Shown piece after piece: positions 54,014-63,033 of a stretch of DNA of 64,000 nucleotides. Location: IMG/VR virus record IMGVR_UViG_3300022221_000006, positions 1 through 64,000 of that record, one strand, 5' to 3'. Made by a program: the position numbers and the translations under genes. The DNA comes from a virus. The first letter of the stretch is position 1, and each line of letters begins with the position of its first letter. The notes below the pieces were generated by a model. That model had not been told where the DNA came from. It saw only the letters and a list, made by a program, of their open reading frames with translations, and made no database searches.

Positions 54014-54616
54014 ATGGATACTACTGATACTAGTTGGCGCTTCGAAGGTGCCGGTGAAGATTTCAAAAATCTCTGTTTAGCTTATCTAGGAGCAGCTTCT
54101 GAAGCAGAGCTAGCCGAGAAGGAAATGTATTGGATCCTTCCACACGGTAAACATTGTGAAGAGCTCTGGGAAATCCCTCCTGCTATCAATATTGAACTTG
54201 AATTCAAAGATGTTGGAAGACCGGCTGCGTATGATGAGAATGGTCTGCTAGAAGACGCAGGCTTTAGTATCGGATACGTAGCGTTTTGCACCTACAAAGG
54301 ACGTAAGGTTATTCTTGAATGCAACGCGAGTCCTTATTGTATTCACTGGAAGAAGTCCGACTTTCCCGAAGTCTTTGAAAGCGATACTTCGACTGATCCA
54401 CTAAAGGAAGCAGACCAATTATCCTATGAGGAGCGTTGTAAGCAATACCATATATATGAAGAAAGGGCGCATACACTACAGCATCTCGTAAATATCGTAG
54501 GGAAAGCCGTCAATAATCTGCCAATCTCCAAAGTGACCTCTGATGGAATACTGTGCATGAGTGTTAGCTCGTATAATGCCTTGCTTGATACCTTGGACGA
54601 ATTTGTTACGGAGTGA
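54014..54616 (+). CDS. hypothetical protein
   Basis: AAGGAG RBS before ATG 54014. Confidence 0.6.
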   Translation: MDTTDTSWRFEGAGEDFKNLCLAYLGAASEAELAEKEMYWILPHGKHCEELWEIPPAINIELEFKDVGRPAAYDENGLLEDAGFSIGYVAFCTYKGRKVILECNASPYCIHWKKSDFPEVFESDTSTDPLKEADQLSYEERCKQYHIYEERAHTLQHLVNIVGKAVNNLPISKVTSDGILCMSVSSYNALLDTLDEFVTE

Positions 54617-54810
54617 TTACTATGGAGGACCCGGAAGAGATATATCTGCAACCAGAATGTTGCATTGAATCTAACACAGGGAGGTTGTGGTGTGAAGACG
54701 ATATTGATGATTGTCGCGAAGGAAATCCGTGGGTTCGATATATCCGTGCCGATCTCGTTGAGAGACGCGCTACAGAGATATCGGAGCTGCAAGAAGTCGT
54801 AAAAGAATGA
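54613..54810 (+). CDS. small hypothetical protein
   Basis: P..IYLQ...WCED...YIRADL pattern; GTGA overlap. Confidence 0.6.
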   Translation: MITMEDPEEIYLQPECCIESNTGRLWCEDDIDDCREGNPWVRYIRADLVERRATEISELQEVVKE

Positions 54811-55070
54811 GTGAAAGAGTAAAAAGATATGACCATCTGCTCACTAGGGTAGAGTATCCGAGAGAAAGAGGTTACCGCATGGAGGCTATCCGCCTGCCGA
54901 AATGGATTCATATACGTATCACTGACACGGAACACCATAAATACTTAACAGTACATTCTCGTATACATGTCAACAAAGAAGTCAGAGTTGGACCTAGCTA
55001 TAGCTTAGCCTTTACTGACCATGAAATTATCAAGGAGCTGAGCAGCGACATAAGCTATCGGTTCCTTTAA
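54807..55070 (+). CDS. hypothetical protein
   Basis: ATGA overlap. Confidence 0.5.
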   Translation: MSERVKRYDHLLTRVEYPRERGYRMEAIRLPKWIHIRITDTEHHKYLTVHSRIHVNKEVRVGPSYSLAFTDHEIIKELSSDISYRFL

Positions 55071-55087
55071 CTATTAGGAGACACTGA

Positions 55088-55558
55088 ATGCCAAGTGTAA
55101 AAGAAGAATGTCCTCTTTGCGAGGCTCGCAAAACTATGAAACGACTCCACGCTGAAAATAAGGATCTGATTAGCCGCAATGCGTTTCTAAGACAGCGTCC
55201 AGATCTACCTGTCGACAGGATTCCTGCGTATGAAGAAATGAACAAGAAGATATCAGAGCTGGAGTGGAGGCTTATGATTGATACTCTGAATCCAAATAGA
55301 CGACTACATCTTGAGGCGTTAGTGGCAAAGAATAAAAAGCTTGAAGAGGAACTGGAAAAGCTGAAAACACTGGTGGATAATTCAGCAGATGCCTTTGAGT
55401 ACTTTGAAACCATTGAAGCGATGGGTGACGATGGAACTATCGTCGGAGGTGAACATATAGAACTTCTCGTTAAGGCAGCTAGAATTTCCAAGGAGTATGT
55501 TTTAGAGGAGCAAGATAACGTTTTGTATGTAGTAGATTCAACACAGGAGAAACAGTAG
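55088..55558 (+). CDS. hypothetical coiled-coil protein
   Basis: AGGAG RBS; CPLC; RNAFLRQRPDLPVDR. Confidence 0.6.
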   Translation: MPSVKEECPLCEARKTMKRLHAENKDLISRNAFLRQRPDLPVDRIPAYEEMNKKISELEWRLMIDTLNPNRRLHLEALVAKNKKLEEELEKLKTLVDNSADAFEYFETIEAMGDDGTIVGGEHIELLVKAARISKEYVLEEQDNVLYVVDSTQEKQ

Positions 55559-55560
55559 TA

Positions 55561-55899
55561 ATGGATATCACGACGTTAAAGATAATTCCTCTCCTGGATG
55601 TCCTTTATGATCTGCAAGAGCTAGAATGTAAGACGTTTGGAATGGAAACTCCTCCAAAAGGACACTCCTTTAAATTACCAAACGGAGAGACTGGTATTAA
55701 GCAGAGACTATGGGAGATACTTCGAGAGCGTCACTGGGGAAATCAAGACTTTGGAAACGACAGACTCTATATAATTCCTGTAGAAGAGCTGGCGGAACTT
55801 CCCGGAGACATGTTAGTACTCATTACACGTTGCGTCGATGCTATCAATGAGCCTACGGACTCTCTACCCGCATGTCTCGTCTTTTATATTAGCTGGTAG
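55561..55899 (+). CDS. hypothetical protein
   Basis: AGGAG RBS. Confidence 0.6.
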   Translation: MDITTLKIIPLLDVLYDLQELECKTFGMETPPKGHSFKLPNGETGIKQRLWEILRERHWGNQDFGNDRLYIIPVEELAELPGDMLVLITRCVDAINEPTDSLPACLVFYISW

Positions 55900-55905
55900 G
55901 TATTT

Positions 55906-56322
55906 ATGAATACTATACACATCGCAACGTTGGTTGACTTCGCAGAAGCGATAGAGTCTGGAAAGAAACTTTTCTATACAAACGGACTTCCTGTAGGTGA
56001 GAAAACACCATTAGGTGATATTAGAAACGCCATTGAGATGAAAAGGATCATACAATCGCCGTGGACCATTAACTTCGAGGACTATCGAGGATTTCTACCC
56101 ACACCTATCCTTAAGGAACCTATTAAAGGAAGCCTCTACTATACTATTGTTGACGGTCGAGCCTCTGTAAAAGAATGGACAGACTCAAATGCTGATTGGA
56201 GACTTCTCACTACAGGTTTTGTCTGGTATACAGATGAAGATGCAAACGGATTTCTGAAAGGAATGAAATTGCTTGTAGCTCATGTAGCAGGGGTTCCCTT
56301 ACGAAAATCCAACGCGCAGTAA
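55906..56322 (+). CDS. hypothetical protein
   Basis: 138-aa ORF in operon. Confidence 0.6.
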   Translation: MNTIHIATLVDFAEAIESGKKLFYTNGLPVGEKTPLGDIRNAIEMKRIIQSPWTINFEDYRGFLPTPILKEPIKGSLYYTIVDGRASVKEWTDSNADWRLLTTGFVWYTDEDANGFLKGMKLLVAHVAGVPLRKSNAQ

Positions 56323-56369
56323 GTCGGGGTTGGTTGCACTTGTGTCTGCGGACAAGTAATATTATAAAA

Positions 56370-56403
56370 CTATCGCTCGCATCGATCCCGGAAAAGTAAC
56401 CGG
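56370..56403 (+). repeat. intergenic two-hairpin motif, copy 4
   Basis: CTATCGCTCGCATCGATCCCGGAAAAGTAACCGG, 30/34 identical to copy 2. Confidence 0.65.
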
Positions 56404-56688
56404 AGTCTCTGACTTAGAGACAGACCACGTCCTAATAAAATGGGAGAATAAAATGTGAATCAGGGGAGGACTGCGGCCTAGATGTCCGTAGATAGCCGTT
56501 TTTAAGATAGTAGGCGAACAATAAAAACAAGAGACCTGTTGAGGTTTCGATAATATGACTTCGAGTCTGCAGCAACTAGGCAGATCAAGTACGTATTTTC
56601 AACTGTGAAAGAAGCCTCCTTCTGGTCGATGTCTGCTAGCGGCATTCAGAAGGAGGTTGTATTAACTTAAAATAAATAGGAGCGTACG

Positions 56689-56853
56689 ATGATACGTGCA
56701 GTACTTGTAGGTGGTAGATGGTTAGCATTACAGATAAGAGACGTTGAAGATGACATTCAGAACATCAATACTTTTCTTGAATCTAGTGAATGCGTTTTAT
56801 TAGTAGAAGATCTAGAGGATATACCTCCTGGCTTTGAAGTGGAGATGGTGTAG
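56689..56853 (+). CDS. small acidic protein (54 aa, not in ORF track)
   Basis: AGGAG RBS; MIRAVLVGGRWLALQIRDVEDD... Confidence 0.55.
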   Translation: MIRAVLVGGRWLALQIRDVEDDIQNINTFLESSECVLLVEDLEDIPPGFEVEMV

Positions 56854-57488
56854 TGATAGATTCATTTTCATTACCCACGAGGGCAGCAGAAGTAAATAGA
56901 TGGGCAGGAAAGCATCTCATAGGGCGTCGAATGAATATTAGCGAACATAGTTTCGAGGTCGCCTTTTACTCACTTCTTCTCTATCAATTAGTGGAACAGC
57001 ATCTGGAGGACGCTGTTTCCTGTAAGAGAGAAGCTGATAAGGCTCACTATATAGGAAATAGAGCTATGTTGAAAATTGTCCAGGCGATGCAGGGAGAGGT
57101 ACTAGAATATGCGCTGGTGCATGACATCGCTGAGATCGTCACAGGAGATATTCCTCATGATGTGAAAAAGTCATATCCTGAGTTTAAATCTCTCCTGAAA
57201 CAAATTGAGGCAGATTTTATGCGCAAGCACTTGCCTGCGTTTATGAAAACGTATGATCCTCTGGTAGTATTCATTGTTAAGGCCGCTGATACATATGCGG
57301 CCTTTCGGGAGTACTTGCAAGAAGAAAAGTATGGAAATACACTACCGGATGTCTATGAAAATATTATAGAGGCCTTTGAGACTCTATTCGACACGGAACC
57401 GGATGTACCTCAGATATGCAAAAAATCTATCTGGGGAATTCTTCTTGAACTGGGTGCTCCTGTACCCTCTCAATTACAACTCGGATGA
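56853..57488 (+). CDS. HD-domain phosphohydrolase (YfbR/DatZ-like deoxynucleotidase)
   Basis: RW...N.SEHS..VA, ALVHDIAE..TGDIP, VKAAD. Confidence 0.85.
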   Translation: MIDSFSLPTRAAEVNRWAGKHLIGRRMNISEHSFEVAFYSLLLYQLVEQHLEDAVSCKREADKAHYIGNRAMLKIVQAMQGEVLEYALVHDIAEIVTGDIPHDVKKSYPEFKSLLKQIEADFMRKHLPAFMKTYDPLVVFIVKAADTYAAFREYLQEEKYGNTLPDVYENIIEAFETLFDTEPDVPQICKKSIWGILLELGAPVPSQLQLG

Positions 57489-57495
57489 GAAAACT

Positions 57496-58350
57496 ATGGC
57501 AGTTCGGTTAATAATAGATGGCGATGTTCAATGTCATTCTGCATGTCGATACTCAGACTGGATAAGTCTTGTAAAAAAGATTGAAGGCGAATTCAAAGAA
57601 GTTCGACAGTATGACAGTGAGGGTGCATTCATTCCTCCTAAGCACACACGCCCTGAAGAAAGAAAGTATATGGAGGATTCTTGGAAAAATTTCAAGAAGG
57701 ATCTTGATGGTATCTTGAAGAAGTTTTTCACAAACGACTTTAAAATGGCCGTAAAGGGTGAGGGTAATTTCAGAGATGATATGTATCCTGACTACAAACA
57801 AAACCGAAAGAATCAAGAAGCGGTATTAAAGGCTAAGGGTGAAACACGACGTAAGTATGTAAACGGTGTTCGCGACTTAGCAATAATGGAAGGACTTGCA
57901 GTACCTGCTGATGGGATGGAGGCAGATGACTACGTCAGAATATGGGCTGAAGAGGCTCGACAAGAAGGACAAGACTTCATTATCGTCACAATCGATAAGG
58001 ATCTTAAATGCATCCCAGGACGACATTACAATCCTTCAAAGAAAGAACTCATTACAATGTCAGAAGCAGATTCACTCCGGTTCTTCTATCAACAATTACT
58101 CAGTGGAGACCCTACTGATAATATCCCAGGAATCCCAGGAATAGCTGAGAAGACTGCAACTAAGGAATTAATGCATTGTATGTCTGAAGAGGAGTTTCAG
58201 GAAAATGTTGTAGGAAATTATATCGCGGCGTATCAGGAAGAGTGGTATGCAGCATTGACGTTTAATGGTGCTCTTCTGTATATTTTAAAATCAGCCGATG
58301 ACAAATTTACCATCGATCATTGGCCTATCGTCAAGGAGTTAACGAGTTAA
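57496..58350 (+). CDS. 5'-3' exonuclease (T7 gp6-like)
   Basis: IDGD, NFR...YPDYK.NR, EADD, IDKDL..IPG, GD.TDNIPG.PG. Confidence 0.9.
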   Translation: MAVRLIIDGDVQCHSACRYSDWISLVKKIEGEFKEVRQYDSEGAFIPPKHTRPEERKYMEDSWKNFKKDLDGILKKFFTNDFKMAVKGEGNFRDDMYPDYKQNRKNQEAVLKAKGETRRKYVNGVRDLAIMEGLAVPADGMEADDYVRIWAEEARQEGQDFIIVTIDKDLKCIPGRHYNPSKKELITMSEADSLRFFYQQLLSGDPTDNIPGIPGIAEKTATKELMHCMSEEEFQENVVGNYIAAYQEEWYAALTFNGALLYILKSADDKFTIDHWPIVKELTS

Positions 58351-58815
58351 ATGTCTGATATATCTGTTCCCGGTGTAAAGAAGAAAAGAGCTCTATACCA
58401 TAACGGTCATTGGAAGTTTCCTAAGAAGATGGGAAACGGTGTTGGTTTTATCTATGTCATCCGAGACAACGCTTTGAAGCGATTCTATCTCGGTAAGAAA
58501 CTATATATCTCAAATTCAGGCAAGAAACTGAATTGGAAGTACTACAAGTCGTCTTCAACGCTGCTTCACGATATGTTCGAGGCACGAGGCGAGAATGAGT
58601 TCGATTTCATCGTGCTCGACGAGTACAAAACAAGAAGCGGTCTTTCGTATGCAGAAACATGGTCTCTTTGTTTCGTAGATTCACCCCTCTCGAATACCTG
58701 GTTTAATACCCGCATCGAGAGAATTACATGGAATGTCACGGAACCTGTGACGGATACACATAAGCGTAGACTACATAGGTCTATCGCACTTGAAAATAGT
58801 TTAGAGGAATACTGA
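58351..58815 (+). CDS. GIY-YIG-like endonuclease
   Basis: GFIYVI......FYLGKK...WK.Y.SSS; conserved Glu and N-x motifs. Confidence 0.65.
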   Translation: MSDISVPGVKKKRALYHNGHWKFPKKMGNGVGFIYVIRDNALKRFYLGKKLYISNSGKKLNWKYYKSSSTLLHDMFEARGENEFDFIVLDEYKTRSGLSYAETWSLCFVDSPLSNTWFNTRIERITWNVTEPVTDTHKRRLHRSIALENSLEEY

Positions 58816-59057
58816 TGTTTCAATTTATTGTACACAAGCTGCTAGCTCTCACAGCAGTTGTAATAATGTTCAGCCAAGGGTTTTCGGCTTTTCAGGCCGG
58901 TCTTGAAATAGGGTTCAGCGAAATAGATCGACTGGATTGGTTGTTTCTGGCTATCTCAGCGGTAATGATATCCGCTATGTCTGAGCCACCTAAAAAGGGA
59001 GGTGTTGAGGGTGAGCCACCTAAAAAGGGAGGTGTTGAGGGTAAGCCAAATGAGTAA
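58815..59057 (+). CDS. small membrane protein with duplicated C-terminus
   Basis: two hydrophobic segments; EPPKKGGVEG twice. Confidence 0.55.
   Translation: MFQFIVHKLLALTAVVIMFSQGFSAFQAGLEIGFSEIDRLDWLFLAISAVMISAMSEPPKKGGVEGEPPKKGGVEGKPNE
58982..59041 (+). repeat. perfect 30-bp tandem duplication
   Basis: TGAGCCACCTAAAAAGGGAGGTGTTGAGGG twice. Confidence 0.95.
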
Positions 59058-60741
59058 TATCGTCCTGAAGAACCAGCCGTGTGTAGATACCGAGGGCTGT
59101 GGATCGAGTGACGCCTTGCAAATCTATGAAGCAGGGGACGGCTTTTGTTTCTCCTGTAGTAAGAAGTTTAAGAAAGAAGAAATAGCGGGAGCCTCTACAG
59201 GGGTGGTGTTCAAAAAGAAACCTTCAAATCAAATGATTAAATGGGACCCTGACGAGGAACTCGAAAAAGTAAAGGATTATCCCATCAGAGGTTTCGTGGA
59301 GCGAAATATCAATAAACCTATTACAACCTTCTATGGAGTAAAGGTGTCGTATAACGGTGACGGTGATATAAATAAACATTACTATCCGTATGACGGAGGT
59401 CTTGCATACCACGTCAGAAAGGTATTACCTGACAAAGACTTCTTCTGGATAAAAGAGTCGAAAAGTCTCTTCGGTAAGGAGTTATTCAATCCCGGAGGAA
59501 AACGACTCGTAATCTGTGAAGGTGAAATTGACACAATGGCTGTGGCAAAAGCATCTTATGAGAAATATGGAAAATTCTACCCTGTCATTGGTATTGCAGG
59601 ATCTTCTATGACAGAAGCTCTTCTAGAAGCGCGCGATTGGATACGCTCGTTTCAGGAAGTTATTATATGTTTTGACGAGGATGAGCCTGGTCAAAAAGCT
59701 GTCTCAAAAGCCCTTAAAATCATAGGGCTTGATAAGGCAAAAATTACACGCCTTCCTGAGAATGATGCAGGCGCTGTATTGTTAGAACACGGTCACAAGG
59801 CCTTAATGCAATGTATTTTTGATGCAGCCTCTTTTGTACCGTCAGGATTTATTACCAAAGAAGCTCTTTGGGACTCTTTGGTTGAGTATAACTCAAAAGT
59901 TTCCACACCTTATCCCTTCTGTATTAATTCACTTAATGAGAAACTTAAAGGGCGTAGAGGAGGTGATATTGCATTATTTATTTCTGGAACAGGTTCAGGA
60001 AAGAGTACCCTGATCCGAGAGATAGGATTAGATATAATTCAAAACTCAGATGAGAAGATAGGAATTGTAAATCTTGAAGAGTCTCCTCATGAGACTGCCC
60101 GAAAATTTGCAGGAATGGCTCTTATGAGAAATCCTGCTGATGAAGAGATTCCTATCGATGAGTTGAAGCCAGGCTTTGATGAAGTGTTTGGAGATGATAG
60201 ATGCCTTGTATTAGATCATCAAGGCTCCATGAATGATAGTTCAATCATTGATAAACTTGAATATATGGCACTGTCAGGGTACACCAGTATCTTTATTGAC
60301 CATATCACAATTCTAGTCTCAGAAGGAGTTGAGAATCTAACAGGCAACGAGGCTCAGGACAAAGTAATGAATGACCTATTGAGGCTTGTCAAGCGATATC
60401 CAGATGTTTGGATAGGTCTTGTAAGTCATCTAAGGAAAGTACCTGGTGGTACTGTGTCATTTGAAGAAGGCAAGATGCCTACAATGGATGATATTCGAGG
60501 CTCTGGCTCAATAAAGCAGGTATCAATGGATATTATTGCTTTCGCCAGAAATATGGTAGCTGAGACCGTTGAGGAAAGAAATAGAATTGATATGAGAGTG
60601 CTCAAATGTCGCTTTACAGGGCTTACTGGTGATGTAGACCCTGCATTCTATGACTTCCCAACTGGAAGGCTTACAGCTGATGTTCCAGATATCCCCGAGA
60701 AAGAGGAAACATCAGAACAAACTGAGTTTACAAAGGTTTAA
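59050..60741 (+). CDS. primase-helicase (T7 gp4-like)
   Basis: zinc ribbon C..CGSSD...CFSC, TOPRIM CEGEID / FDED, Walker A GTGSGKS, IDHI, LVSHLRK, RGSGSI.Q. Confidence 0.95.
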   Translation: MSNIVLKNQPCVDTEGCGSSDALQIYEAGDGFCFSCSKKFKKEEIAGASTGVVFKKKPSNQMIKWDPDEELEKVKDYPIRGFVERNINKPITTFYGVKVSYNGDGDINKHYYPYDGGLAYHVRKVLPDKDFFWIKESKSLFGKELFNPGGKRLVICEGEIDTMAVAKASYEKYGKFYPVIGIAGSSMTEALLEARDWIRSFQEVIICFDEDEPGQKAVSKALKIIGLDKAKITRLPENDAGAVLLEHGHKALMQCIFDAASFVPSGFITKEALWDSLVEYNSKVSTPYPFCINSLNEKLKGRRGGDIALFISGTGSGKSTLIREIGLDIIQNSDEKIGIVNLEESPHETARKFAGMALMRNPADEEIPIDELKPGFDEVFGDDRCLVLDHQGSMNDSSIIDKLEYMALSGYTSIFIDHITILVSEGVENLTGNEAQDKVMNDLLRLVKRYPDVWIGLVSHLRKVPGGTVSFEEGKMPTMDDIRGSGSIKQVSMDIIAFARNMVAETVEERNRIDMRVLKCRFTGLTGDVDPAFYDFPTGRLTADVPDIPEKEETSEQTEFTKV

Positions 60742-60746
60742 AATAA

Positions 60747-62720
60747 ATGATAACAGTTGAAGATCTACCCGAAATTGATACCCCTTGGAGCACTGTGGGG
60801 TACCTAACATTTAAGAGAACTTACGCTCGTAAGTTTGAAGACATATCAGAAGAAGAGGCCGATGAGTCCCTTCTTGACATGAACGCCCCTACAGAAGAAT
60901 TCGAAGACACGGTCGTTCGCGTAATTAACGGATGCGATAAGCAATTCGGTTGCGGATTTACGCAAGAAGAAGAGATACGTCTTGCTACATATTTCTTGGA
61001 GTTAAAGGCAAGTGTAGCGGGTAGAATGTGGTGGCAGGCTGGTACAAAGACAGTCGATAAATATGGATTAGCATCGATGCAGAATTGTGCATTCACAGTA
61101 GTGGATCACCCTATAAGACCCTTTACATGGTGTATGGATATGCTGGCAGTAGGGGCAGGTGTTGGGTATAATATTCAACAGAAACATGTAGATAAAATAC
61201 CTGCAGTAAAGGAGTGGTTTGAAGCTCCTACACGATTTGATGATGGCGGCGCTGACTTCATTGTCCCCGACTCACGTGAAGGCTGGGTAAGACTATTAGG
61301 GAAAACCCTGAAGGCGGCATTTCTGTCACACTCAGAAGAAAAAGGAACATTCACTTATTCAACGCAAGTAATACGTGGGAAGGGGACACCTATTAAAGGG
61401 TTCGGTGGTACAGCCAGTGGTCCTGAAGACCTTGTATGGGGAATTGGAGAAATTAGCAAAATCCTCAGTAAAAGAAAAGGAGCGCGTATACGGCCTATAG
61501 ACGCTCTTGATATCATGAACATCATCGGCTACATCATTGTGGCTGGGAATGTACGGAGATCAGCTCAAATTGCGATAGGTGACCCTGATGATGTTGAATT
61601 CCTCCTTGCAAAGAGGTGGGACCTAGATGACGTAATGATTCCGAAATGGAGAAGTATGTCAAATAATAGTGTAGCTTGTAGCGATATTGACGATCTACAC
61701 CCTTTCTTTTGGGAAGGCTATTCTGGCAATGGAGAGCCATATGGTCTGATCAATCTCCCATTGTCACGAGGTTGCGGTCGATTGGGTGAGACTCAGTATC
61801 CTGACCCCAAGGTTGAGGGCTACAACCCGTGTGCGGAGCAGTCGCTTGAGCCTTACGAGACATGTTGTCTTGCAGAGGTATTTCTTCCGAATGTAGAATC
61901 AAAGGAAGAATTGATGGATATTACAAAGTTGTTATATCGTATCAATAAGCATTCACTGATGTTACCTTCGCACCATCCAGAAACCACGGAAGTTGTACAT
62001 AGAAATCTACGGATGGGAATAGGGTTGACAGGTATTATGCAAGCCCTACCTGAGCAGCTCGAATGGCTTGATGACGTCTATAGTGAGCTTCGACGATTCG
62101 ATGAGTATTATTCAAAGAAAAACAATCTGTCAAAGTCTATAAAGTTGACAACAATAAAACCTAGCGGCACACTCTCGCTACTACCTGGAGTTACTCCCGG
62201 AGCACATCCAGGGTATGCTCGTTTTATGTACAGACGTATCAGCATTGGTGCTGATAATTCACTCGTAAAGGTCTGTAAGGATCACGGATATCCTATTGAG
62301 TTTAAAAGGAACATGGATGGCACAGAAGACTACGGAACTGTCATCGTTACATTTCCTTTTAAGTTTCCTTCGCATGCAATACTTGCGGACGATGTTGACG
62401 TAATTCAGCAGTTAAAGACAGTTAAGCTGTTACAGACTGTATGGTCTGATAACAGTGTCTCCTGCTCAATATATTACAACAAGGATGACGTACCACGAAT
62501 AAAGGAATATTTAAAAGAAAACTATAGAAACTGCCACAAAAGTCTCTCCTTTCTATTACAGAGAGGGCATGGTTTTGACCAGGCTCCTTACGAGGAAATC
62601 TCTGAGGAGACCTATAATAAACTTGCAGCAGAGACCCAACCGATCTCTAATATTAGCTCCGTCGGGAGTTTGGATATCGGTGACGAAGAATGCGAAGGGG
62701 GTGCTTGTCCCATTCGTTGA
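60747..62720 (+). CDS. nrdJ: class II (B12-dependent) ribonucleotide reductase
   Basis: QNC, PDSREGW, GNVRRSA, NPCAEQ, C.LAE, TIKPSGT, C-terminal CEGGACPIR; no NrdB partner nearby. Confidence 0.9.
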   Translation: MITVEDLPEIDTPWSTVGYLTFKRTYARKFEDISEEEADESLLDMNAPTEEFEDTVVRVINGCDKQFGCGFTQEEEIRLATYFLELKASVAGRMWWQAGTKTVDKYGLASMQNCAFTVVDHPIRPFTWCMDMLAVGAGVGYNIQQKHVDKIPAVKEWFEAPTRFDDGGADFIVPDSREGWVRLLGKTLKAAFLSHSEEKGTFTYSTQVIRGKGTPIKGFGGTASGPEDLVWGIGEISKILSKRKGARIRPIDALDIMNIIGYIIVAGNVRRSAQIAIGDPDDVEFLLAKRWDLDDVMIPKWRSMSNNSVACSDIDDLHPFFWEGYSGNGEPYGLINLPLSRGCGRLGETQYPDPKVEGYNPCAEQSLEPYETCCLAEVFLPNVESKEELMDITKLLYRINKHSLMLPSHHPETTEVVHRNLRMGIGLTGIMQALPEQLEWLDDVYSELRRFDEYYSKKNNLSKSIKLTTIKPSGTLSLLPGVTPGAHPGYARFMYRRISIGADNSLVKVCKDHGYPIEFKRNMDGTEDYGTVIVTFPFKFPSHAILADDVDVIQQLKTVKLLQTVWSDNSVSCSIYYNKDDVPRIKEYLKENYRNCHKSLSFLLQRGHGFDQAPYEEISEETYNKLAAETQPISNISSVGSLDIGDEECEGGACPIR

Positions 62721-62731
62721 TCCATAACAAG

Positions 62732-62762
62732 AGCCCCTCTCCATGGAGGGGCTTAAAATTTT
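62732..62762 (+). terminator. terminator-like hairpin
   Basis: AGCCCCTC-TCCATG-GAGGGGCT followed by an AT-rich run. Confidence 0.55.
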
Positions 62763-62777
62763 AAAGGGTAAGAATAG

Positions 62778-63020
62778 ATGGAAGACATCTTTATAGAAGA
62801 AGCATGGGAACTGTATTGTTACGAAATGGAAGGTATTGAAGAGACTGTGAGTAAGTTTAGTGACCTAGCACCGAGAGTTCAAGGTTACTATTTATGGCGA
62901 TCTATTATGGGAGGTGATATGAGCTATAATCAATATTCGCACACAGGCACTTTACCAAAATCACATCGTGACTTACCGAGTCCCAAAGTTGTTCTTCGAA
63001 AGAAAAAATCAAAAATCTAA
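62778..63020 (+). CDS. hypothetical protein
   Basis: 80-aa ORF with acidic N-terminus and basic C-terminus. Confidence 0.55.
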   Translation: MEDIFIEEAWELYCYEMEGIEETVSKFSDLAPRVQGYYLWRSIMGGDMSYNQYSHTGTLPKSHRDLPSPKVVLRKKKSKI

Positions 63021-63033
63021 GGGTATAAATTAA

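Noticed and set aside
56323-56688. tRNA genes
   Set aside because: No cloverleaf with acceptor stem, T-loop GTTCRA and CCA could be assembled by eye
56853-57488. Z-genome (2-aminoadenine) pathway suggested by a DatZ-like HD protein
   Set aside because: No PurZ or MazZ in the window; HD hydrolases are common in ordinary phages
58351-58815. Intron- or intein-associated homing endonuclease
   Set aside because: Free-standing gene; flanking exonuclease, helicase, polymerase and RNR ORFs are uninterrupted and of normal length
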